64,000 bases of DNA, taken from a virus. Each line of letters starts with the position of its first letter. The stretch's first letter is position 1. Shown here piece by piece: positions 41,101 to 49,347 of this stretch. Position numbers and translations under genes: made by a program. A model generated the notes under the pieces. It saw nothing but the letters and a program-made list of their open reading frames with translations. It ran no database searches and was not told the DNA's origin. The stretch spans positions 5,949-69,948 of IMG/VR virus record IMGVR_UViG_3300025011_000038. One strand, given 5' to 3'.

Positions 41101-42184
41101 TGTTACCAATTTCCTAGATACTTTTATTCCTTATTTTGGTGCTTCCGTGAATGGACTGGATAAACTTGGAAGAATATACAGAGATAATCCGGTTGCCGCT
41201 ATCAATAAGACTATTGGGGCAATAACTATTCCAACTTTAATGCTCTATGCTATGAATTACGATAATGAGGAATATAGGAAGTTGAGTAGTTGGGTGAAAG
41301 ATACAAACCACTTAATTCCCTTGCCTAATGGTACGTTTTTGAAAATGCCTAAACCTCGTGAGGGTGGGGTGGTTTTCGGTGCCTTAGTTGAAAGAACGCT
41401 AGACAGTCTATTGAAAGAAAATCCAGACGCTTTTTATAAATTTATGGATACGGTAAAAGCCAGTTTCTTTCCTCCGATTAGAACTATTTATGCTCCGGTT
41501 AGTGATATAAGGGCAAATAAGGACTTTGTTAATCGTCCAATTGTTCCTAAATATATGGAAAGCATGTCAGCTGGGCAACAGTATGATGAAAAAACATCTT
41601 CATTTGCTAAGATGCTAGGAGAGGTAGACCCCAGCAAAATATCTCCTAAACAGGTTGATTACTTGGTAAAAAGTTATCTTGGGGTTATCGGGCAAATCGG
41701 TATCCCTGCACTATCTGAGGGAAGTACCGGGGATGCCATTAAGCGTATATTTACCGCTGACCCTGCTTACTCCAACGACACTATTCAAAAGTTTTACGAC
41801 AAAAAGAAAGAATACGACACAATCAAAGCTGACACTAAGCAGACCGGGGATACTGTCGATGCCAATGACGAGAAGCTTAGGAAGTTATATAGCAAGGTGG
41901 CTGAAATGATTTCCGATAACGCCAATGAAGCGAGGGAGTTGCAGAAAAATAAAGACATACTCCAGAAACAAAAAGCTAATAAGTTAAGGGATATTCAGCT
42001 TAAAACTATCATTCTTGCTGACATAGTTAATAGACCTGTCGAAGAACAGTTAAAGATTTACAATGACTTGAAGCGCAAGAAGTTTATCGTTGAAACAAAA
42101 CCTAAGTCCGAATCAAAAACCAAGGCAGAGCAGAAAAGACAGCAAAAAAGAAATGATGCCATAGGGAAGATTATTTCCCAATAG
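38183..42184 (+). CDS. Large ejection/polyvalent protein with LPD38-like C-terminal region
   Basis: 1333 aa; Gly/Ala N-terminus, DYIPLQR, TTGINPIF..RNVVRD, MPKPREGG, NKDF..RPIVP, SPKQVDYLVKSYLG. Confidence 0.75.
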   Translation: MAKYDFSKAWESTHAAYEMPDYVEEEPQEPKQIPIPPKQSLYKRLDSRIGGILPAGAEGPSFKDVSSDAIYLPRNIMEKATNAASLGLYDKFMNWSDRKISDLNDSPIESSLYEAKSPLGKSAGVVGEMYGMMAPIGVAYKGANLLARGINPTTTAGKLGKTALTGGLAGAGYEGALSALEGNDPSKIAEDAGRGALFFGAGGLAGDVIGAGVNRYLPNTPNLAKDFIHGATVGGTGLTATIPTLSDGEKPTLGDLGTTAGSLGAFSAIMSALSRGKIKPDMPTKEVISPEVKADIPTDINGARNILNSATNFGRATRILDAYPELGAEFPQFRLKQGDKVILPNGKEATVKNADRLIIQAEVDGKTVSVGRKVVKIPETKVEVPEQVLPEVETPETIQQPAVRETRSGAEILPDENIMQADSQAKSMAEDIGLKPEKAETETKVDTTTQETVDGPERAGYYDPGTIGAARLTPPETIDTITSKTNKPVLTERLAPSNVGNMIKKAYYRTVDGYNRLNDFDKAANRAGRTIPFNKRAYILAHNTTNAEAMARRTLEENMVNAKGEPVYAPLKDIVKQVPKGEWRKFEDYLKLKHYKAWENSDMTVYDREINMSPEMADLKISKYDNKYSWMNQAAKDYTAWINKFGEEWLVKTGLLSENVWNAMRLKYGDYIPLQRMMEEVEIGKTGVNGSFADQPNPVKRARGSERKTIESLETMLERVPNYIKAAKRNEVMQKVIEGIRQDPEGMSIWGEIVDSNTANLTMPNIVAGRINGERVHVRVNDLPLLEAISGLTPQAQNVIINAARSLTSKMKLLTTGINPIFSLGRNVVRDLPMSYVASKSTNNPIEWSRDIVGALVDILGNRAAYRSYKDMGGGYASAVSTDVNILADSKAKLMPGYYDLSNIKNPVEYTRRLMGIPFKALEKIADVTEAVPRLGEYRRIVRKEGNSYASRTKALYESKDVTVNFQKKNTADVTNFLDTFIPYFGASVNGLDKLGRIYRDNPVAAINKTIGAITIPTLMLYAMNYDNEEYRKLSSWVKDTNHLIPLPNGTFLKMPKPREGGVVFGALVERTLDSLLKENPDAFYKFMDTVKASFFPPIRTIYAPVSDIRANKDFVNRPIVPKYMESMSAGQQYDEKTSSFAKMLGEVDPSKISPKQVDYLVKSYLGVIGQIGIPALSEGSTGDAIKRIFTADPAYSNDTIQKFYDKKKEYDTIKADTKQTGDTVDANDEKLRKLYSKVAEMISDNANEARELQKNKDILQKQKANKLRDIQLKTIILADIVNRPVEEQLKIYNDLKRKKFIVETKPKSESKTKAEQKRQQKRNDAIGKIISQ

Positions 42185-42350
42185 CATCATTTTCCTTTTT
42201 TACTAACCATGCACCGAGAAAAATCATAATAGTAAGACCTGCCCCAATGGCTATTTCTAAAATATTTTGCAATGATGATGGTAATAGCATGTATATTAAG
42301 CTAAAGATAATAAATAGATATAGCCATTTAGCTTGAGTTTGTTTATCCAT
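42171..42350 (-). CDS. 59-aa two-TM membrane protein (moron, not in ORF track)
   Basis: GGAGGTG RBS; MDKQTQAKWLYLFIIFSLIYMLLPSSLQNILEIAIGAGLTIMIFLGAWLVKKENDAIGK. Confidence 0.75.
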   Translation of the reverse strand: MDKQTQAKWLYLFIIFSLIYMLLPSSLQNILEIAIGAGLTIMIFLGAWLVKKENDAIGK

Positions 42351-42572
42351 AAGATCACCTCCGGTAATATTATATTACTAGAGTATAGCATTATTCCTTG
42401 TTGAATGAAATATTTTTCTTTCGACAAACTAAATTATATATTCATTTATCAAAATAAAATCGTGAGACCCGCCAATCCAGGAGGATTATTAGCGGTGGGT
42501 GCTGTCACACCCTGTCTCACATTTTCATTATAACACCAGTTATTTAATTAAACCACCAGGAGGTACTGTAAT

Positions 42573-42809
42573 GTGACGCAGGAACAAGACGTTACAAGAC
42601 TACAGGAACAGGTAAAATCATTATTTAACGCACAGGAAAAGTTAGAGAATAATTTAGAACAACATGAGCGGGACGATAAACAAACATTTGCGGAGGTATT
42701 GAAGCGCATGGATGAAATGCACAAATCCTTTCAAAATCGCCTGCCGCCGTGGGCTACCGCCGTTATTGGTATACTAATGGCTGCCTGCGGTTGGCTGGCA
42801 AAGGGCTAG
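42573..42809 (+). CDS. XhlA/holin-like protein
   Basis: Coiled coil followed by C-terminal TM helix at start of lysis cassette. Confidence 0.65.
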   Translation: MTQEQDVTRLQEQVKSLFNAQEKLENNLEQHERDDKQTFAEVLKRMDEMHKSFQNRLPPWATAVIGILMAACGWLAKG

Positions 42810-42811
42810 AT

Positions 42812-43093
42812 ATGCTAAATAAAAACCAATGTAAAGTATGCGCAACGTGTATCGTGATGGGTTTAGTAGTTATATTATTTATGTGCATAAACTTTCAGAA
42901 GTTAGACATTAACGAGTTATCAGACAAACAACTAACCACTGAATTAATCAATATAAAGGGCATAGGCGAGGTTACAGCACAAAAGGTAGTTACATACCGC
43001 AAAGAACATAAACCCATCACCATAGCCGAATTAGACGGCATTAAGGGCATCGGAGAGAAAAGGTTATCTCTGATTAAAAAGAAATTTAAGTAG
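42812..43093 (+). CDS. Membrane-anchored helix-hairpin-helix (ComEA-like) protein
   Basis: N-terminal TM; LDINE...LINIKGIGEVTAQKVVTYR...LDGIKGIGEKRL. Confidence 0.85.
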   Translation: MLNKNQCKVCATCIVMGLVVILFMCINFQKLDINELSDKQLTTELINIKGIGEVTAQKVVTYRKEHKPITIAELDGIKGIGEKRLSLIKKKFK

Positions 43094-43104
43094 GAGGAAA
43101 ACCC

Positions 43105-43794
43105 ATGAATATCATACAAAAACCAAGTAAAAATTTCAGCAGTAGACAGGGCAGAAAAATACTCGCCATCGTTGACCATATAACGGCAGGTTCTTTCAAC
43201 GGTGCGGTATCATGGCTATCTAACCAGACATCTAAAGCAAGCGCACATTACGTTATTAGTCGAGCTGGCGAGATTGTGCAGTTAGTCGCTGATGAAAACT
43301 CAGCATGGCACGCAGGCAGTATAAATAAACCTAATTGGCCCTTATATGACGGTGTAAATCCTAACCGCTATACTATTGGCATTGAACATGAGGGATATAA
43401 AGATAATGGCGGTGACGGTAATCTAACAGAAGATCAATATGATGCAACACTATGGTTACATCGTAAATTAATAGCTAAACACGATATTAAAATTGACCGT
43501 GACCATATCATCGGACATTACCGCATCGACAGCGTTAACCGTCCCAATTGTCCAGGTCCGGCGTTTCCTTGGGATAGGTTGTTTGCTGATTTACAAGGAC
43601 AACCTGTTAGTCAAGTTCCCGGACCCTTCCCTGACGTTCCCGGTGACAGATGGAGTGCCGGACATATCCAATGGTGTAAAGATAACGGTTGGATGAAGGG
43701 TTTTGACGATGGCACTTTTAGGCCAGAACAACCTATGACACGTGAACAAATGGCGGTTATTCTTGCTAGATTTAGAGATAAGGGGGTTATATGA
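43105..43794 (+). CDS. Endolysin: N-acetylmuramoyl-L-alanine amidase plus SLH domain
   Basis: IVDHIT, SAHY, AWHAG, IGIEHE, IIGH, CPG; C-terminal FPDV...GFDDGTFRPEQPMTREQMA. Confidence 0.95.
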   Translation: MNIIQKPSKNFSSRQGRKILAIVDHITAGSFNGAVSWLSNQTSKASAHYVISRAGEIVQLVADENSAWHAGSINKPNWPLYDGVNPNRYTIGIEHEGYKDNGGDGNLTEDQYDATLWLHRKLIAKHDIKIDRDHIIGHYRIDSVNRPNCPGPAFPWDRLFADLQGQPVSQVPGPFPDVPGDRWSAGHIQWCKDNGWMKGFDDGTFRPEQPMTREQMAVILARFRDKGVI

Positions 43795-43982
43795 TGACTA
43801 AAATGGATTGGCTTTTCGCTGGCTGTATGGTTCTCTGTTTGACGGTATACCTATATGGCTGTCTGACGGGTAAACCATTAGACAATGTAAGAGAATTGAT
43901 CTTTATTTTCGGCACTAGCATAGGTCTAGCCGCAGGAAGTAGATTTCTGGCGAATAAGGATGCGGATAAAAAGGTAGAATAG
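43791..43982 (+). CDS. Holin-like two-TM protein
   Basis: Two hydrophobic helices and charged tail directly after endolysin. Confidence 0.6.
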   Translation: MMTKMDWLFAGCMVLCLTVYLYGCLTGKPLDNVRELIFIFGTSIGLAAGSRFLANKDADKKVE

Positions 43983-44006
43983 CGTAACGCGAATAACTTT
44001 CTTTAT

Positions 44007-44053
44007 GTCCCGGTGAACTATCCGGAAATCCCGGACGGTTGCCGGGATTTTTC
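44007..44053 (+). terminator. Late operon terminator
   Basis: TCCCGGT...GCCGGGA hairpin followed by TTTTT. Confidence 0.7.
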
Positions 44054-44064
44054 TATTTTTACGC

Positions 44065-44298
44065 AAAAAAAAATAGACAGTCCTTTACCGTAGACTGTCG
44101 TTTCAATTATAATGATGATTTGACTTCGTAACTGATCCAAACTAAAGGCTAAAATTTTAAGTAGTGTAACACAGACATTGACTATTGCCGCCTACTACAA
44201 CAGCAACAGCGCACTAACAACAACTATTCATAACAAGGAGGATTCACCTCCCATTATAAATTACCGCTACATACCACGCGAAGATATGTTTTACGGCT
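44065..44298 (-). ncRNA. Putative ~230-nt structured small RNA
   Basis: Own promoter TTGCAA-17-TATAAT (44333..44305), three consecutive G-U-rich hairpins, terminator GACAGTC..GACTGTC-T run; no ORF behind its GGAGG. Confidence 0.6.
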
Positions 44299-44364
44299 AG
44301 AAATATTATACCACTATGTCGTAGATATTGCAACTGTATGCGGTAAACAATTATCGTTTGCGGT

Positions 44365-44768
44365 AAAGCAAAACTCCCCCAAGTGGAACTCAGGAGAGTT
44401 TTGACTGAATGATCTGAATAATACATTAGTCCGTTATTTTATCAGGGCCAAAGCCACGGCAAGATCATTCTTTCCGACACAAAACCATGGATTAAAGCCA
44501 TGTTGCAGTAATGTCGGTTAAGCAGACTCCAAGAAGAAGGAACCCACACCTATTTAGGGTGCTGCTATCTTTCAGATAACCTTCTTTAAACCTTGCGCTA
44601 GCCTGCTTAATATGCGCTTCTTGGATTATTTAATAAGCGGACAGGGATTTGCACCCTGCATGATTATACCCAGCCAAGAGTATCTAAAAGACCTCTCGTG
44701 ATAATCTTACCTCGTAAGCGTCTACATATTCCGCCACCGCTTATTGCATAGTTCAATTAGTTCCCGCT
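44365..44768 (-). ncRNA. Putative ~400-nt structured RNA with tRNA-like 5' domain and pseudoknotted 3' domain
   Basis: Promoter TTGATA-17-TATAAT (44803..44775); multiple long-range pairings; terminal hairpin 44369-44403. Confidence 0.65.
44632..44745 (-). tRNA. tRNA-Leu-like element (atypical, probably non-decoding)
   Basis: AATAAGCGG/CCGCTTATT acceptor-like stem, TGGCGGAATATGTAGACGC D-arm, CAGGG-TGCAAAT-CCCTG T-arm; collapsed anticodon arm, very long variable arm, no CCA. Confidence 0.6.
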
Positions 44769-44886
44769 TAGAACATTATACCACTTTCAACGCACAATAT
44801 CAATATACGGTATAAATTTACCGAATGGGGTATAAAAGTATTTACTTAGCAATATAACTATTGTATAATATTATAGGAGGTGCAAA

Positions 44887-45024
44887 ATGAAAAAATCAGT
44901 AACATATACCATTGACGAGGAAGTTATCGAGAGATTAAAAAAACTCTCGGATAAAACACTAATACCTCAGACTAGACTTGTTCAAAAGGCTATTGAGGAA
45001 TTATTGAAAAGGGAGGAAAGTTAA
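44887..45024 (+). CDS. Ribbon-helix-helix protein, 45 aa (not in ORF track)
   Basis: AGGAGGTG RBS, promoter TTTACT-17-TATAAT (44841-44869); MKKSVTYTIDEEVIERLKKLSDKTLIPQTRLVQKAIEELLKREES. Confidence 0.85.
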   Translation: MKKSVTYTIDEEVIERLKKLSDKTLIPQTRLVQKAIEELLKREES

Positions 45025-47199
45025 TTGAGTAAATGCCAAACATGCGAATACTATCGTTATTCTGCCGGAGTTTCGCGGTCAATATCAGAAAAACTAGGCA
45101 AACAGTTTCCAACAAGTCCAACAAACTACTGCGATTATGCAAACATTTCTTGGCCTAGAAATTCTGCTAAAGTTATAAAGCCAAGAGGCACTAAGTGTGA
45201 CTATAAATTAAAATATATGCGCTGCGATGCTTGTGGAAAGGTCTTAAGAAAGGGTTCCGATGCGTGGATGATACTAACATCAAAGTCATATATCTGTAAT
45301 GGTTGCGGAGGAAGGAAGGAGGAAACCAATTGAGAGTACATGAACCCAAAATATGCGTTAAATGCGGAAATGAGTATGTGCCGACTAGCGGACCGCAAAA
45401 GTTTTGTCTTAACTGTAAACCTCCTAGTTGCGAGGGATGCGAGAGAATTGAATTAGCTGTAGAAGTGGAACGCAGGGCAGTTAATGATCTAGTTACAAAC
45501 ACCCATAACTTTTTAAAATTAGTGCCTTGCATATCAAGAACCGTCTATCCTGATCAATGTATTGAGTGTAAGAATGTTTGTGAGTGGTATATAGCTATGG
45601 TTGATGTTACTGAGATTCTAGGTAAGTATTCTCGAAATAAGAAGGATGGATAACTATGGTGTATGGATGCAGTTTCAATCTCTTTTTCAAAGACAACAAA
45701 GAAATATCGAACCAAGAAAAAATTGATAAATTAAAGAGTTATTCTGTAGGTGATATGTTAACTCTTTTAAGAAACATAGAAGAATCACCATATAAATATG
45801 AAAAAGAAATTATAAATGGTGTGTATTCGTGTTTATTCGATAAAGGTATAGTTTGTATATAATTAAGAAGGAGGTAAACTAACTTGTCACCATTTACAAC
45901 AATTGCAGTAATATGGGTAGGTGTGAGTGCTTGCGTTGGTGCTGGACTATATCTAACGCATAACGCTAACTGTCTATGGGCGTTTATAATACCTGCGCTT
46001 ATTGGAGTTACTAGCGGAGGGAAGGACACAAAAGAGGAGGATAACCAATGAAAATATACGAATACATGTTTGTTCATCATAACAATCTTGGTGTAGGAAG
46101 AATTATGGTACACAGAACTAAAGAAATTTCATCTCACGATGAATTGCCTGATTTGGATAAATTTGTTTTAGATAATTTGAAAGATAAAAATATTAAACAG
46201 CTTGTCGTAACCGATTTTAAACTGCTCCGTATCTATAATGATGGCAAGGAGATAAGCCAATGAAAGAACTTTTAGTGGAGTGTCTTATCTCCGGCATACT
46301 ATCTATGCTTATCTATGCTTCGATACGTAATAAGTAAAAATATTGGCAAGGAGGATAATTAAATGGGTAAATGTAAAGATTGTGGCGCGGAAACAAAATG
46401 CAATGTATGGACCGAGGAATACTTTCAATGTCGTGATTGTGCCGAGAAGGAAATGTTGGAGATCGAGAAGGATTGCGAATAGGGGGTAAATAATACCTTG
46501 TATACGAAGCAAAAAGTAACACCATCCGATATACGCAAACTCAAAAGACTTCTTTTCTGCAATAAGATACTTAACTTTATATACTGGAAAATATTATCTA
46601 GTCCATATTATTATGTGACGCGAAAGATAGAAAGCAATAGAAAGTTATATTGGGATATTTTGGGTAAATATAAGTAGGAGGTAAACCATGAAACAAAGGC
46701 TTGAACCATCCGACCTTGCACAGCTAACCGATAAGCAGAAGGATAGACTGAGGGAGTTGTGGCAACCAGAGAAAAGGGATTTCGTTTTGTGCAATGATAC
46801 CAGAGAGGTTATTGTGTCTCGTTGCGATAGCGATAAAATTTATTTATTTATTTACGGTGGGTATATTTTAGAAGTTAAGCATTGCTTACCACTTTTAAGT
46901 ATAGGTCAGATGATTGAGATATTAAAAGAAAAAAGAATAATAATGTGGCAAGGCTGGGGAAATCATTTAAGTTTATGGAATGTTGAGAAATTAATACTTA
47001 ATAGCGATAAAGCATTTGAATTGGTAGGTAAGGGTGGTGAACTCTGTGACGCACTCTGGCAAGCAGTCAAGGAAATACTCTAATGCCCTTCGACTACGCT
47101 AAACATTGCGAACATGAATTATGCCTCGGTTGCGGTAGGAAGTTAACTGCTGCGGAGAGGTTAGAGGGATATTGTGATAAATGTAAAGGAGATTGTTGA
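45025..47199 (+). CDS. Operon of small hypothetical proteins, several Cys-rich (45025..45333, ~45330..45653, 45656..45862, 45884..46051, 46048..46263, 46688..47083, 47083..47199)
   Basis: Co-oriented, RBS-preceded or stop/start-coupled ORFs. Confidence 0.7.
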
Positions 47200-47702
47200 T
47201 TTTGAAATTTAAAGTAACTCGTACTGACGGTAAAGATAATGGTAATGAAAAATATCTTATTGTAAACACAAAAGAACCATATGCAGGACTGGTTGCCGAT
47301 TTAATTGAAAGCGAAGAAAGATGCAAGAATACATGGGAGCATGGCGAAGATAAATCCATGAGAAGTATTATGGGTATTTGTGGAATAAATAAAATGCCTA
47401 AACTATCAATACCTATGATGGTAAAAAAGGCATGGCATAACCATAGGATATTAAAAGGTTTTTTATTTGACAGGGCACATTTCCCTACAGACATTGCATT
47501 AATTCACAGTGAAGTCTCGAAAGCATTAGAAGCACATAGAAAGGAGGAAGGCAAGGAAAGAATTTCAGAAGAATTGGCCGATGTTATACTTCGTGTTGCC
47601 GTTGTATGCGGAGATATGGAAATCGACATTGAAGATGCCATACTAAGAAAAATGGCTAAAAATTCAGAGCTTCCTTATAAGCATGGAGGAAAATTATACT
47701 AA
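47193..47702 (+). CDS. MazG-like nucleotide pyrophosphohydrolase with extra N-terminal domain
   Basis: IALIHSEVS.ALEA.RK...EELADVILR...KMAKN..PYKHGGK. Confidence 0.85.
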   Translation: MLILKFKVTRTDGKDNGNEKYLIVNTKEPYAGLVADLIESEERCKNTWEHGEDKSMRSIMGICGINKMPKLSIPMMVKKAWHNHRILKGFLFDRAHFPTDIALIHSEVSKALEAHRKEEGKERISEELADVILRVAVVCGDMEIDIEDAILRKMAKNSELPYKHGGKLY

Positions 47703-47888
47703 CTAATCACGCTTCAACCTACCGTAAGCAGGAAAAACCCTACCGCACGTAGAATATAACAATATCACGGATTATCTTGCTGGCACAAAATAATCCTAGT
47801 ATACTACTCCACTAAACGGCACAGTAAACCACGGTCTGTGCTGTTTTTTGTGTAATAAAATAACCGGGGCGATTAACCCCGGCATGTT

Positions 47889-48817
47889 CTATCGTCTAGT
47901 AGCGTACTTCTTGCCGTTCTTCTTCGGAACCAAGCACGATGCCATTCTGAACATAGAAACGTCCTGCTTAAAGTAGATTGAATTTCCGTCAAGGCAGGTT
48001 ATCTCTCTTGCCTTACCACCATCAACATGGCTGTTCATGCACCTTTCGCAGATGCGCGGAGTTCCGATATAACTCATTTAATCACCCTTTCTTCTTTACC
48101 TTTGCCTTAGTCTCAGTAAACTTCGGAGGGTCTTTTATCTCTCTCCACCATTCTGGCACTAGAACCCATTTACCATTTACTGTTTTATAGTCTAGTGGGT
48201 TGGTGTCGCTTATTTTAAGAGGATTTGGTCCTATTACATCTTCTCTAAGCATTGTCTTTTTCTCTCCCCTGACCACAAATTTGCCCTTGTCGTATGCCTA
48301 TCGCGCCTAAACTTTACGGCTGATTTATTTAGTTTGCGTGAGTTATCTTGATATTCAGTCTTTCTCCATAGCGGTAAGTTTTCTTCATAAGGGTATATGG
48401 ACGGATCATATTCACGCAAATTATCTATGAGACTAAATATTTTGCATAATTCTTCTTGCTCACTCATATAATCAACAAACATTTTAAGATGTTCCTGTAC
48501 TTCTGGAGGCAATTGAGATACAAGAATAGCACCATGCCTAATATATTCCGGCAGTTCCGCTATCTCTATATATTCCTTATGCCAATGGTCAGTAGGTTCT
48601 TCACTTCTTATTTCAATATACAAGTTTAATCCCCCTTAATCAAATAAGGTCTAACTTTCCGCAAAATCAAATATTGCGGAATATGTCCCAATTCATCATA
48701 GATAAAATTCATCCTAGTAGAATTATCCTTCATACCTGCCAACTTGTCCCTATTAACATTGCAGAAGATAGTAAACTCGTCGGTTAGTTGACGTTCCATA
48801 CTCTTTGTTAACTTCAT
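47889..48817 (-). CDS. Hypothetical proteins (47889..48077, 48082..~48252, 48234..48623, 48626..48817)
   Basis: End of the leftward arm. Confidence 0.65.
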
Positions 48818-49347
48818 TATTCAACCTTCTTCTTAATCTTCTTCTTGACCTCCGACTTGCCATGCAGAGCGTCAATGACTTCCTGCTGATATGCCGTTAA
48901 ACCGTCTATATTTCCCATATAAGCTAGTCCGATATACACAAGTACCGCAGCGTCAGTTTCATCGTTTGTAGGACATTCTATGCCCCATTTCTTATATGCG
49001 GCGACTGCTATTTGCTCTTTACTTGCGCTGCCGTTTCCTGTTGCAAATTTTTTTAATTGTTTAGGTGCTACTTCCAAAAGATTTAGTTCGTATTCGGCAA
49101 ACGTAACACGAAGGACACCGCCCAATTCACCCACTTGATGCGCTTGATTAGGTGAAGCATAGGAATATCCTTCAATTAAAACTAAGTCGGCACCGAATAA
49201 ATCATTCATAACTTCCTGCCGTATTTCTATTAGTCGGTCAACTCCGAACTTCTTGCTTTTAATGCTCCTTGTGGTGCATCCTGCAGGTAAAATATTTTTA
49301 GCTATTCCGGTACTCGTCAAACTAGCGTCTATACCAACGATTTTTAT
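48817..49347 (-). CDS. ruvC: RuvC-like Holliday junction resolvase (probable ATA start)
   Basis: IKIVGIDASLTSTG, VLIEGYSY, ELGGVLR, LKKFATGNGSASKE, NDETDA. Confidence 0.85.
   Translation of the reverse strand: MKIVGIDASLTSTGIAKNILPAGCTTRSIKSKKFGVDRLIEIRQEVMNDLFGADLVLIEGYSYASPNQAHQVGELGGVLRVTFAEYELNLLEVAPKQLKKFATGNGSASKEQIAVAAYKKWGIECPTNDETDAAVLVYIGLAYMGNIDGLTAYQQEVIDALHGKSEVKKKIKKKVE

Noticed and set aside
17120-41909. Many antisense and alternate-frame ORFs in the structural region (e.g. 17120..17503, 24864..25190, 31373..31771, 34392..34766)
   Set aside because: Shadows of well-supported genes; no RBS and no protein-like motifs
38183-42184. Tape measure protein
   Set aside because: No tube, sheath or tail chaperone context; motifs fit an ejection/LPD38-like protein
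44160-44262. Type I toxin ORF behind the sequestered SD
   Set aside because: GTG, TTG and ATG starts after GGAGG all terminate within 8 codons
44518-44630. Theta/HDV-like ribozyme after the tRNA-like element
   Set aside because: Pseudoknot lacks the P3/L3, P1.1 and P4-J4/2 catalytic C arrangement; the two 3' strands are contiguous
44632-44745. Functional decoding tRNA-Leu(GAG)
   Set aside because: No 7-nt anticodon loop, non-standard T-loop and stem lengths; kept only as tRNA-like
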